Of a stretch of DNA of 56,207 nucleotides, positions 10,918 to 19,493 are shown in pieces. The notes beneath the pieces are model-generated. The model was not told the origin of the DNA and made no database searches. It saw only the letters and a list, made by a program, of their open reading frames with translations. The stretch lies in IMG/VR virus record IMGVR_UViG_3300044701_002219; one strand, given 5' to 3'. Position numbers and translations under genes: made by a program. The DNA comes from an uncultured virus (IMG/VR IMGVR_UViG_3300044701_002219) (taxonomy: Duplodnaviria; Heunggongvirae; Uroviricota; Caudoviricetes). Position 1 is the stretch's first letter. Each line of letters starts with the position of its first letter.

Positions 10918-10943
10918 ATTGTTTGTTGTAGACTATGCAAAAA

Positions 10944-10987
10944 TAAAAAAGGGAGAGGAGAGATGCAACTCTCACTCTCCCTTTATT
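10944..10987 (-). terminator. Intrinsic terminator
   Basis: AAAGGGAGAG-GAGAG..CTCTC-A-CTCTCCCTTT stem with a long A-tract on +, after the 11002-12390 gene. Confidence 0.7.
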
Positions 10988-11001
10988 AAGTTAATTAAAG
11001 A

Positions 11002-12390
11002 TTATGGTGCTGGAGGAGGCGTTGGAGCAACATTAGGTACTAAGTCGCATGGTTCGCATCCGTATACTCCTAGAGTATCGCAAGCTCCGTCACAAGCTCC
11101 AATCCAGTTGTTTAAGAAGGTTTCTAACGTAGCATTTCTACCTGTAGTAATAATTTCTAACAAGTATCTATCGTTATCAAATACTCCAGTTGGGTTGTTG
11201 AAACGAGGTACGCTATGTAAGATGTAATAACGAGTATATAACAAGTCACGATCTACAGAATCCAAGATATTGTTACCTTGAGTAATCTCCCTAATCCTGA
11301 TATCAGTACGGAAGTAGTTCTGTAAATAAGACTCAGAAAGAATCAAATCTCTCACAACTTGTTCTCCAAAGCCCATACCTTGTAAACCTTTACAATCGTT
11401 GTATACACAGATACCTTCGAATACGCAAGGATCACCGTTATAGTCTACCATTGAAGCGTAGATTAAAACTAATTCTTTTTCAAAGAAGTCTGTGATTTGG
11501 AAAGAACAGTTACCGAACTTAGTCTCAACGTAAGCTCCGAATAAACGAAGACCTGCGCAAGCACCTGCTGTATGACCAGTAGATACGTAAGCATCCCACC
11601 ATTGAGCTGAAGTTACAGCAGCTCCAGTGATAGGATCTGAAGTAGTTCCAGGAGCATACCAAGCAGTACCAGCTTCATCAAATACTACAGGAAGGATGAG
11701 ATCTTTGATATAGTTGTTAATTACGATAGCTTTTGCCCACTCAATCATTACTAAAGTAGAATCTACTACAGTAGGAGTAGGACCTGAACAACATCCTGTG
11801 TAAGCAGAAACTGTTTGGTAAGCGTTGTGGTTTAAGAAACGAAGCGCAGGAGAACCTTTAACATCGATTCTTAAATAGTATGTTTCTCCACACAAGAACT
11901 CAAAGCAGCATGTATTACATGTAGTTCCGCTTTGGAAGTTATTAGGACTAAGAAACTCATCAGCAACAGCTGCGCAAGCATCATCATAATTACCAGCATC
12001 AGTAACAGTAGGAGTATTACCTATTGATACGACAGCTTGTTGAGGAGTACACTCTTCAACTACATAGTAGCTTTGTACATACTTAGGGTTGATCAATTTA
12101 GACTTGTTAGTCTCTCTGTAACCACCGATGTACTGATTAAGCTTATCCTTCAATAATAAAGAAGAACTTGCTAAAGTTAAAGGGCAACAATCATTAAAAG
12201 TTGTAGGGTTTACGGTTCTATAGTTTTTGTCAAAGAAACCATAGTAACCTGGCTCTAACTCTGAAAGCTGAGCACTTGTAATACTTGCGGTCGTAATAAG
12301 ACCACTTACGGCAGCGATCCCAGCAACTGGTGTGTTGTCTGGATTTGTACCTAAAAAGCGTTTGGTAAACGCGTGATTAAAATAAGCCAT
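11002..12390 (-). CDS. Abundant virion structural protein (crAss 'gene 73'/auxiliary capsid-like, tentative)
   Basis: 462 aa with its own promoter motif and terminator. Codon usage resembles the MCP gene. Third conserved position downstream of MCP. Confidence 0.5.
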   Translation of the reverse strand: MAYFNHAFTKRFLGTNPDNTPVAGIAAVSGLITTASITSAQLSELEPGYYGFFDKNYRTVNPTTFNDCCPLTLASSSLLLKDKLNQYIGGYRETNKSKLINPKYVQSYYVVEECTPQQAVVSIGNTPTVTDAGNYDDACAAVADEFLSPNNFQSGTTCNTCCFEFLCGETYYLRIDVKGSPALRFLNHNAYQTVSAYTGCCSGPTPTVVDSTLVMIEWAKAIVINNYIKDLILPVVFDEAGTAWYAPGTTSDPITGAAVTSAQWWDAYVSTGHTAGACAGLRLFGAYVETKFGNCSFQITDFFEKELVLIYASMVDYNGDPCVFEGICVYNDCKGLQGMGFGEQVVRDLILSESYLQNYFRTDIRIREITQGNNILDSVDRDLLYTRYYILHSVPRFNNPTGVFDNDRYLLEIITTGRNATLETFLNNWIGACDGACDTLGVYGCEPCDLVPNVAPTPPPAP

Positions 12391-12426
12391 TGTTTTTTGT
12401 TTTTTGGGTTATAAATAAAAATATAC

Positions 12427-12435
12427 TATAATATA
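12427..12435 (-). promoter_or_regulatory. Putative late promoter motif TATATTATA
   Basis: Intergenic copy upstream of the 12390 start. Confidence 0.5.
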
Positions 12436-12463
12436 CAAAAAGTTTTTACTGTTTCCAAATCTT

Positions 12464-13039
12464 TTACAAATAATCTTTTAGCTCGTGGTCAAACAGACGC
12501 ATAGCGATCTTATCTGTACCAAAAGCATCCAGCTGATCCATAAGATCCTGCATCTTTCCGTGCTCTTCTACTTGCTCTTTTAAATAGTTAAGACCAAGCT
12601 GATAAAGCATATGATCACTTTTTTTAAGAGCTTCAGAGGATAACTCTTTTATCTGAGTAGTTACCTCGATCTCGTGCTCGTAAGACTTCTGGATAATATC
12701 CGGAAGACCTGAAAAAGTTTGAGGAGGAGCGTCTAACTTAGGAGTTATAGGCTGTACACCCATAGCTAAAAGATACTCTCTAGCATCATTAGCATGCAAC
12801 ATTTCTTCATCAGAATACTTTTTCCAAAGCTTTGCTCCGTTTAAATATCCATTATCACTTAACCACATCGACATTGCCAAGTATATTCTAGCAGAATATT
12901 CTTCTTGCTGTATCCTATAGTTAAGATATTTCATGCAGTGCTCGCTTAGAAGCGGATTCATCTTCTTCTTAGATGAAGGTGCTTTAGGAGCTGGAGTACC
13001 TGTATCCTTTAATGTTCTAGTTAGTACGGTCTTTTCCAT
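12464..13039 (-). CDS. ftn: Ferritin (non-haem, FtnA-like)
   Basis: Ferroxidase-centre pattern QEEYSARIYLAMSMW..EEMLHA..YEHEIEVT..EQVEE. Confidence 0.85.
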   Translation of the reverse strand: MEKTVLTRTLKDTGTPAPKAPSSKKKMNPLLSEHCMKYLNYRIQQEEYSARIYLAMSMWLSDNGYLNGAKLWKKYSDEEMLHANDAREYLLAMGVQPITPKLDAPPQTFSGLPDIIQKSYEHEIEVTTQIKELSSEALKKSDHMLYQLGLNYLKEQVEEHGKMQDLMDQLDAFGTDKIAMRLFDHELKDYL

Positions 13040-13743
13040 TAGTTATTTTGTTCTACAGATTGCGAAGCTCTCTGCATTTGGTTAATAGATTCGATATCAC
13101 CCGCTAGGATTTTTACAGCTTCGTCTATTAAGACTTCTACTAAATCATCCTTAAACTCGCATAGTACATTTGCTGTACTAACTACCTGTGTATACGGATC
13201 TACACAGTTTAATATCTGGATTCTTACCGGCTGACGGTAATAGTAAAGTTCTACATCTTCTAAATCAAACTTCTTATCTGTATAGATTCTTAGTTTATTA
13301 TCTATAAGAGTACAGAAGGTTTCTGCCCAATCAAAACTAGGCTGTTTGTTTTTATCTCTAAGAAGTTCGTCTACGTTAGCCTCTTCTGCTAGGTAGATAA
13401 CCATACGGCGACCATCTGGGCAGCAATCATTTACGGCTTGTGCAGATACTCTTTTCCATTCCATATAACCATCCGGTAGAGGAGCTGATTCTACATAAGA
13501 CTCAAAGTTGTTCATAACTAGAGTCTGAGAAGTTAATAACTTTTGTAAGTCATCTATTCTACGCTTAGACTGCTCGTCTCCTTCTTGCTTAAGGTTTGTA
13601 CCATGAAGGTTTCTACGGCACCATTCTACCTGGCCCTTATTAAAAGCCTCAACAACCTGCCAGCACTCGATATTATCATAATCGTTGCTAGCAAGTTTGT
13701 TTAGCCTTTGTTTTATTTTTAAGTATATGGTGTTATTATCCAT
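13039..13743 (-). CDS. Head-tail adaptor/ring protein (crAss 'gene 74'-like)
   Basis: LNKLASNDY..FNKGQ, EQSKRRIDDL..L, LYYYRQP, LCEF..VEVLIDEAV patterns and synteny downstream of MCP. Confidence 0.6.
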   Translation of the reverse strand: MDNNTIYLKIKQRLNKLASNDYDNIECWQVVEAFNKGQVEWCRRNLHGTNLKQEGDEQSKRRIDDLQKLLTSQTLVMNNFESYVESAPLPDGYMEWKRVSAQAVNDCCPDGRRMVIYLAEEANVDELLRDKNKQPSFDWAETFCTLIDNKLRIYTDKKFDLEDVELYYYRQPVRIQILNCVDPYTQVVSTANVLCEFKDDLVEVLIDEAVKILAGDIESINQMQRASQSVEQNN

Positions 13744-13751
13744 TACCTAAA

Positions 13752-14003
13752 TTACTTTTTCATCCCACCTTTTTTCATCATGGTATTACTCTTCATCATA
13801 GAAGTACCATACATAGCTTTAGGTTTAGCAGATCCACCTTTTTTGTAACCAGCTTTTTCTAAAGCATTTTTAAGTTTAGTTGCTCCAATGTTTCCGCCTT
13901 TTTTGTAAGCTACTGATTTAGATCCACTTAAAGGACCTGCCGTAGCTTCTTTGTTTTGATTTACCATAGCTCCTGTTTTTGCTTTTTTCATCATCTTCTT
14001 CAT
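13752..14003 (-). CDS. Small Lys/Met/Gly-rich basic protein
   Basis: 83 aa with repeated (Y/M)KKGG. Confidence 0.65.
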   Translation of the reverse strand: MKKMMKKAKTGAMVNQNKEATAGPLSGSKSVAYKKGGNIGATKLKNALEKAGYKKGGSAKPKAMYGTSMMKSNTMMKKGGMKK

Positions 14004-14023
14004 ATGTATTTATTTTTTATAGT

Positions 14024-14269
14024 TTAACACTTCCACTTACGCAAAGACTTGTTGATCCTACTGTTAGGATCTTTAGCGGTCTTAGCACTAGTTAATTTTT
14101 TCTTCATACCTTCCATCCTAGCACAAAAAGATTTTTTTCTAGGCCCACCTTCTGGTTGAGGAGGTTTAATATCATGACCTGCTCTTTTAAGAGAAGCACG
14201 TCCTTTAGCATTAAGTCCCCCACTAGGAGACTTACCTTCTTTTCTTTGCCATGCTGGTGACTTTGCCAT
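14024..14269 (-). CDS. Small basic protein (MAKSPAWQRKEGK..GGLN family)
   Basis: 81 aa. GGLNAKGRAS..RKKSFCARM..SRINKSLRKWKC is a recurrent phage family. Confidence 0.75.
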   Translation of the reverse strand: MAKSPAWQRKEGKSPSGGLNAKGRASLKRAGHDIKPPQPEGGPRKKSFCARMEGMKKKLTSAKTAKDPNSRINKSLRKWKC

Positions 14270-14511
14270 TACTTTTTCTTTTTAGGTTTTGGGTAAGGAT
14301 TCTCTCTATGCCATTTCTTAGTAGCGGCTACTCCTTGAGCTACAGTCTTAGCACCAGCTTTTTTGGTAAGATCTATGGTATCCCATTTACCTTTATCCTT
14401 AGTGGGGTGATTTACCATGATGTTTCCTTTCTTACCCTCACCTCTAGCAACGGTCTTCTTGTAGACAACATGTTTTTCACCACCAGCTGATACTTTAACT
14501 TTCTTAGCCAT
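14269..14511 (-). CDS. Small basic protein
   Basis: 80 aa, Lys-rich, TAATG-coupled. Confidence 0.7.
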   Translation of the reverse strand: MAKKVKVSAGGEKHVVYKKTVARGEGKKGNIMVNHPTKDKGKWDTIDLTKKAGAKTVAQGVAATKKWHRENPYPKPKKKK

Positions 14512-14660
14512 TACTTCTTCTTAGCTGTTTTAGCTGACTTAATAAAATCTTGTTTGCTAGGAGCACCTTTGGTTCCTGGCTTACGCATCTTCTCACCAGA
14601 GCCAGCCGCTATGCGCTTTCTCTTGGCATGGATGTTTGCATATAATCCTGGTTTTGCCAT
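14511..14660 (-). CDS. Small basic protein, 49 aa (MAKPGLYANIHAKRKRI..)
   Basis: Read by hand, below ORF-track cutoff. TAATG overlaps on both sides. Confidence 0.75.
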   Translation of the reverse strand: MAKPGLYANIHAKRKRIAAGSGEKMRKPGTKGAPSKQDFIKSAKTAKKK

Positions 14661-14821
14661 TATCCTTTTACTTTTTTAAGTTTTGGGTTAGCTTTCTTTG
14701 CTGCAGGAGATGCTTTACGCGTAGAAGCTGCAAGGATTGCTCCCGCAGCTTTCTTACTAACTCCTTGTTTCTTAGCGATACTAGCTTGTACTGCTTTGAA
14801 TCCTGGGTGTTTCTTTGCCAT
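14660..14821 (-). CDS. Small Lys/Ala-rich protein, 53 aa (MAKKHPGFKAVQASIAKK..)
   Basis: Read by hand. TAATG overlaps on both sides. Confidence 0.75.
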   Translation of the reverse strand: MAKKHPGFKAVQASIAKKQGVSKKAAGAILAASTRKASPAAKKANPKLKKVKG

Positions 14822-14946
14822 TATCTTCCTTGTTTATTATAGACTTTAACAGCTTTATCTTTAGGGCCGGAACGCTTCTTATGCCTTCCAACTTTTCTCT
14901 TACCAAAGGTAAGTTTTACTGAAGATGTTTTAGCTTGCTTAGCCAT
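14821..14946 (-). CDS. Small basic protein, 41 aa (MAKQAKTSSVKLTFGKRK..)
   Basis: Read by hand. TAATG overlap with the downstream gene. Confidence 0.65.
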   Translation of the reverse strand: MAKQAKTSSVKLTFGKRKVGRHKKRSGPKDKAVKVYNKQGR

Positions 14947-14949
14947 GGT

Positions 14950-15129
14950 TTATTTCTTTTTTACAGATCCACCTTTTTTAAAAGCTGGAGCAGGTTTTCC
15001 TGTTTTAGATTTGTTTGGCTGAGGACCTTTATAACCTGGACCATAAGCACTTACAACTCCAGTAGTAGTTTTACCATCTGTTTTCATGGATACTTTACCG
15101 GCAGCTTTTTTTGCAACTTTCTTTTTCAT
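14950..15129 (-). CDS. Small basic protein, 59 aa (MKKKVAKKAAGK..FKKGGSVKKK)
   Basis: Read by hand. KKGG motif shared with 13752-14003. Confidence 0.65.
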   Translation of the reverse strand: MKKKVAKKAAGKVSMKTDGKTTTGVVSAYGPGYKGPQPNKSKTGKPAPAFKKGGSVKKK

Positions 15130-15293
15130 TACTTACCTTTTTTAGGAACGTCGCAAGCAGCTTTATTAAGACCACCTGTGTAACGTGTTGGGTTCATATT
15201 TACTTGTACGGAAGCGTTTTTACCGCCAGTATACCTAGTAGGATTTTTTACTACTTCGGGACACTTGTTTAATCCATTCATCTTTGCTGGCAT
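15129..15293 (-). CDS. Small basic protein, 54 aa, with NPTRYTGG twice
   Basis: Read by hand. TAATG overlap with the downstream gene. Confidence 0.65.
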   Translation of the reverse strand: MPAKMNGLNKCPEVVKNPTRYTGGKNASVQVNMNPTRYTGGLNKAACDVPKKGK

Positions 15294-15312
15294 AACTATA
15301 TAGTTTTAAAAA

Positions 15313-16329
15313 TTATTTTTTCCAATATTCTTCTACTACTGCTAACAAGTCTGCAAGAATCTTATCATTAAGAGGATTCTTTAAGAACTCTAAACAGTCA
15401 GATGGATTCCTACCCATCACAGACATACTAGCCATGTGATAAATAACACCATCAGCTTTAGGAGCTATAAGCTTGTAGAACGTAGCATCTTTTACTAAAG
15501 CCTTGATTTTCAAGGTTTCGATGTCTAAGTTTACAGCATCTAAGAACGACTCCGCAGCTCTTCTAGTATTACTTTCTACACCCTGACCGTTAATAAACGT
15601 ATCCATGTTGTCATAGATAACGTCGATAGGAGTAGACTTCTTATACTGAACGCTATTAGCATCCACAATCTTAGCAACATACATAAGCTTGTTGTGCTTG
15701 CTTCTGTATAAAGTTTCCAATTCTGCAAGAGCTTTATTCTTAAGCTTCTTAAGCTCGGTCTTAGTAGATATAGTGTTAATAGTTTTATCTAAGTAAAACT
15801 TTGGAGGCACTGCTCTACTTCTAGCATCTTCATAGCTTTTAGCCACTATAGAAAATCCACCAGCTTCGATTGCGCAAAGCTTGATTAGATCAAATGGATT
15901 CTTTTGAGGATCTAGAGGAACTGGTTGGTTACCACAACGGATTGTGATCTTTTCCCAGAACTCATGATTATCAGGACGAATCATCTTAACTTTATTCCAA
16001 AAATCCGGATCATCGACAGAAACAATGTTAGAGTTTAACTCTGCTTCTAACTGTGCAACGACCGCATGGATCTCCTTTATTCTTGCTTCTTTTAATTCTT
16101 TAGGTAGAAGCTTGACATCTGGAGAAAAAGGATTAAGACCGGTCACCCATCTCTTGGTTCCATTTACGTCTATACATGCTAACTGCTCTTCGTGGAATAC
16201 TCCATCAAAAAGAGACAAGCCATAATTCTGAAGACCTAAATTGTCTACATTAGGATCAAAGAACGGTTTAATCGAGATCTTACCTTGGTCTGAGACCGTA
16301 GGTAATTCTACTAGGGTTACTTTACTCAT
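15313..16329 (-). CDS. Conserved crAss-like protein following MCP ('gene 75'-like)
   Basis: 338 aa, N..FW..I.I..LDP..NPFDLIK pattern, position directly after MCP. Confidence 0.55.
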   Translation of the reverse strand: MSKVTLVELPTVSDQGKISIKPFFDPNVDNLGLQNYGLSLFDGVFHEEQLACIDVNGTKRWVTGLNPFSPDVKLLPKELKEARIKEIHAVVAQLEAELNSNIVSVDDPDFWNKVKMIRPDNHEFWEKITIRCGNQPVPLDPQKNPFDLIKLCAIEAGGFSIVAKSYEDARSRAVPPKFYLDKTINTISTKTELKKLKNKALAELETLYRSKHNKLMYVAKIVDANSVQYKKSTPIDVIYDNMDTFINGQGVESNTRRAAESFLDAVNLDIETLKIKALVKDATFYKLIAPKADGVIYHMASMSVMGRNPSDCLEFLKNPLNDKILADLLAVVEEYWKK

Positions 16330-16365
16330 AGTTGTTTGTTTGTTGGTTAAGGGTTACTGACATTG

Positions 16366-16458
16366 TCCCCGGCTAGAGTTTCGCTCTCTATAAGATGCAT
16401 CATCGCCGGGGAGAAGTGCCTATTGAGAGGAGGAACACCTAAACCTCCTCTCAGGCAC
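16366..16458 (-). other. Structured RNA element downstream of MCP (two GC-rich stems)
   Basis: TCCCCGGC/GCCGGGGA closes a multi-hairpin junction, and GTGCCT..TGAGAGGAGG/CCTCCTCTCA..GGCAC forms a long hairpin. Confidence 0.55.
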
Positions 16459-16463
16459 GAGTA

Positions 16464-18089
16464 TTAGAATGATCCGCCCGTGATTGGGTTTCTCATCACA
16501 ATCTTAAGAACCTTAGTAGGATCTTTTACCCAGATAGCTGGCATAGTCTGAGTCATGTATACACGGTAACCGTTAAACTGACCAGAAGATGCAAATCCTT
16601 GAGTACGACCCATATAATCCATAGTACCATTCTGATACCACCACTTCAACTGGTTATCCCAGCTAAGCTTCAACATAAAGATGTTGTCGTTTCCAGTATC
16701 AGTGATATCGAAGATAACAAAGCTGTAAGAAGATAACGGATTACCATCGATGATTGGGTTTTCAATATCGTTAGTATGTAAGTTATCGAAAGCAGGATTA
16801 AGCACGAACTTCACGTTAGCTAAGAAAGGAATGATATAGCTAGTGAAGGCGAATCCAAATCCTAGATCCATACCAGTTCCAGTAATACCACCAATACCGT
16901 TAGCACCTGCTAATTCGATGTTAAGACCTGTGTTTGCAGCCTCACGCTTGATAGCTTCGTTAACAAGACGCATACCTCCCATACCAGTCTGAACGATAAG
17001 CTGACGCTTAGGATCTGGACCTTGGAATTCAACACGACCTGCGTAGAAGTTATAAAGCTCAGCACGGAATAACTCTAAGTTAAAGCTTGATTTGTTATAA
17101 ACACGCTTAAAGGAGTTATCCAACTGCTTCCAAAGACCTACAGACATTCTGATATCATCTGGTCCGTCTTGCTTAACACGTCCACCATGTCCCCACATCA
17201 AGTAAGTCTCGATGTCAGTAGCAACCTTAGTTAAGTGAGCTGCTTCCATAGTAGTTAAGAAAGTACGAGTAAGAGTACCATTACCCATAGCACGCTTTAC
17301 GTAATCCTTACCCATTTTAGAAACCATGTCCTCAATCTTAGTGATAGCAGGATCCATAGTCTTATCGAAGTTTCTCCAGATCTCAGTTACAGGAACTGTA
17401 CCATCAGCGTTCATACCGCCACGAGCCATAAGGTCAGCACGGCTAGATACTGAATAATGTACGTGAGCTTCTGCACCTCCTACGAAGTTATAGAACTCAC
17501 GGAAACCTGCACGAGTTTGGATATCAGAAAATCTTTCTCCATATTCTCCACGAGCAGAACCTTTACGGAATACTTTAGTACCGTTAGCTAAGTATTTGTT
17601 ATCCAAAAACTTATAGTTATCGTTGTTTACCAACTGTACAGTGTAGATGAAACCATCTCCCATAGGAAGGATATCATCAGCAGTGATGTACATCTCACAT
17701 CCGTTATACTTGTCATAAGTGATGATATCACCATGTCCAAACTCACGTCTGTTGATTTTAATTTTGAAGGTAGTACCATCGATACCTTTGTTGATGTTTA
17801 GTGGCTCAATATCTTCGATAATGTAAGGAAGATCCTGAGATACAGGAGTTTGCCACTTATACTCTCCACGCGCATTATCAACCATGATAATGTTCTTACC
17901 ACCAAAAGATGATAATTGGTAAAGAGGCATTTCTACTTTCTGGGTCATTGCCCAGATGTCTACTGGACCTAAGTCCATTGGTTCGGCGTCCTTCAACATG
18001 TTCACCAAGTGGTAAGAGTCGATGTGAGAACTAGCTTGGTAGTTAGTATCACGAAGGAACAGACCATTGTTTAAAACTGGAGTGCTCAT
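16464..18089 (-). CDS. Major capsid protein (crAss-like)
   Basis: 541 aa. Order terL-portal-scaffold-MCP. Motifs EYKW, GLWKQL, VQTGMGG, NPAFDN, IWVKDPTK. Confidence 0.9.
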   Translation of the reverse strand: MSTPVLNNGLFLRDTNYQASSHIDSYHLVNMLKDAEPMDLGPVDIWAMTQKVEMPLYQLSSFGGKNIIMVDNARGEYKWQTPVSQDLPYIIEDIEPLNINKGIDGTTFKIKINRREFGHGDIITYDKYNGCEMYITADDILPMGDGFIYTVQLVNNDNYKFLDNKYLANGTKVFRKGSARGEYGERFSDIQTRAGFREFYNFVGGAEAHVHYSVSSRADLMARGGMNADGTVPVTEIWRNFDKTMDPAITKIEDMVSKMGKDYVKRAMGNGTLTRTFLTTMEAAHLTKVATDIETYLMWGHGGRVKQDGPDDIRMSVGLWKQLDNSFKRVYNKSSFNLELFRAELYNFYAGRVEFQGPDPKRQLIVQTGMGGMRLVNEAIKREAANTGLNIELAGANGIGGITGTGMDLGFGFAFTSYIIPFLANVKFVLNPAFDNLHTNDIENPIIDGNPLSSYSFVIFDITDTGNDNIFMLKLSWDNQLKWWYQNGTMDYMGRTQGFASSGQFNGYRVYMTQTMPAIWVKDPTKVLKIVMRNPITGGSF

Positions 18090-18120
18090 TTTTGTTTATT
18101 GTTTTTTGGGTTTATATTAT

Positions 18121-19371
18121 TTATCGTTTAAAAAATCCACCTGTTGGTCTCTGAAGTCTAGGCTGAGACGGTTTTCTTTCGGATCTGTCGTCATCGTCAG
18201 AAACCGAAGAACTTACCTTGTTAGCTTGTTCTGTTTTTAACATTCTAACAGTTTTCTCAGTAGCTTCTTTTTTACCACCCTCTTTTACTTTAGATTTATA
18301 TCCGTCTGGATCAGATAACAACCATAAAGCCTCAGCGATAAGATCGTGTCTTGGCTCTACATATTGGTATTTCTCCAAAAGATGACCTAAAAGGTTGGTA
18401 GGTCTACCCGAGATCGAAGGGTAGTTTGGTTGTACTAATCCGGCATAAAGCATGCTTTGAGTTTTCTTGTCAAGCCTTAAACCGTTAAGCTCACCTGGAT
18501 CAAGTACTTTATATACGTTATCCATGTACATCTGAGCTTGTTGTTGCTGTTGCTTACGCATCTGCTCTTGTTGTTGCAATTGGCGGGCTACAACCTGTTG
18601 CTGCATCGCATCTAATTTCGGTTTGAACTTGTTAGCTTTAGCTCCTAGTTCATCACGATCTTTCCAGCTATTGATCTCTTCCTCAATATCTTCGGAAGTT
18701 CCAAACTGGGTTGCGTGAAGGTATGCTCTAACAATCTGCTCCTGATCAGCTTCTTCTGTAGGATCTAGTTGTCGAACTTCTTCTGATTGCGCTAGCGTGC
18801 GAAACAATGCTTTAAGGTCTTGTCCACCATCTGCTACATATTTAGCAGCGTACTGAAGCTCTTCTGGAAGAGTATCGAAAAACTCTAGAGGAATCTCAGA
18901 ACGTAACTTACGTTCTTTCTCCTGCATATTAGCTTCGAAAAGCTCTTCAAAATCTTGAAGAGTATACTTCTCGATAGGTTTATCATCATCAAATGGAATC
19001 AACTGGTTCTTCTCGATAAGCTTTTTAGCTAACTCGATCATAGCATTTTTCTCCATTTTAGGACGACCTCCTTTATCTGATACTTCTAGATTGATATCAT
19101 CCAGATCAGTATCTATCTGATCCGGTGTAGGTGCTTCTACCTTACCAGCCGGAGCTGGTATGGGATCAGACTCATTGTCATCATCATCTTTGTCAAGGAA
19201 CGTCATGTCTACCGGCTTTGCTGAAAAGATACTAGGCTTTGCAGCTTCTGCCTTCTTTTGTCCGTCGCTAGGTAACATCACGCTATCTGCTCCGGGGGTT
19301 CCTAGAATATTATCTATATCTAGGTCTACGGTTGTTACGGTCGTAGTCCCGTTTTCATTTTGTTCTGCCAT
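18121..19371 (-). CDS. Capsid scaffolding-like protein (crAss 'gene 77'-like)
   Basis: Acidic N-terminus, Gln-rich coiled coil, located between portal and MCP. Confidence 0.65.
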   Translation of the reverse strand: MAEQNENGTTTVTTVDLDIDNILGTPGADSVMLPSDGQKKAEAAKPSIFSAKPVDMTFLDKDDDDNESDPIPAPAGKVEAPTPDQIDTDLDDINLEVSDKGGRPKMEKNAMIELAKKLIEKNQLIPFDDDKPIEKYTLQDFEELFEANMQEKERKLRSEIPLEFFDTLPEELQYAAKYVADGGQDLKALFRTLAQSEEVRQLDPTEEADQEQIVRAYLHATQFGTSEDIEEEINSWKDRDELGAKANKFKPKLDAMQQQVVARQLQQQEQMRKQQQQQAQMYMDNVYKVLDPGELNGLRLDKKTQSMLYAGLVQPNYPSISGRPTNLLGHLLEKYQYVEPRHDLIAEALWLLSDPDGYKSKVKEGGKKEATEKTVRMLKTEQANKVSSSVSDDDDRSERKPSQPRLQRPTGGFFKR

Positions 19372-19401
19372 AACTATTGGTTGGTTTTATTTGACTGACA
19401 T

Positions 19402-19410
19402 TATAATATA
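19402..19410 (-). promoter_or_regulatory. Putative late promoter motif TATATTATA
   Basis: Intergenic copy upstream of the scaffold-MCP operon. Confidence 0.55.
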
Positions 19411-19493
19411 CACAAAACTAGCTATTTAAACTTAAAAAATTTACACCTATTAAGTGGAAGGTAACTTTTTGCGCCACTATATAACTAATAGAT

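Noticed and set aside
16374..16405. Hammerhead on the minus strand (GAUGA..GAAA)
   Set aside because: The core reads CGAUGA rather than CUGAUGA, and the GAAA lies in a hairpin loop, so the topology is wrong.
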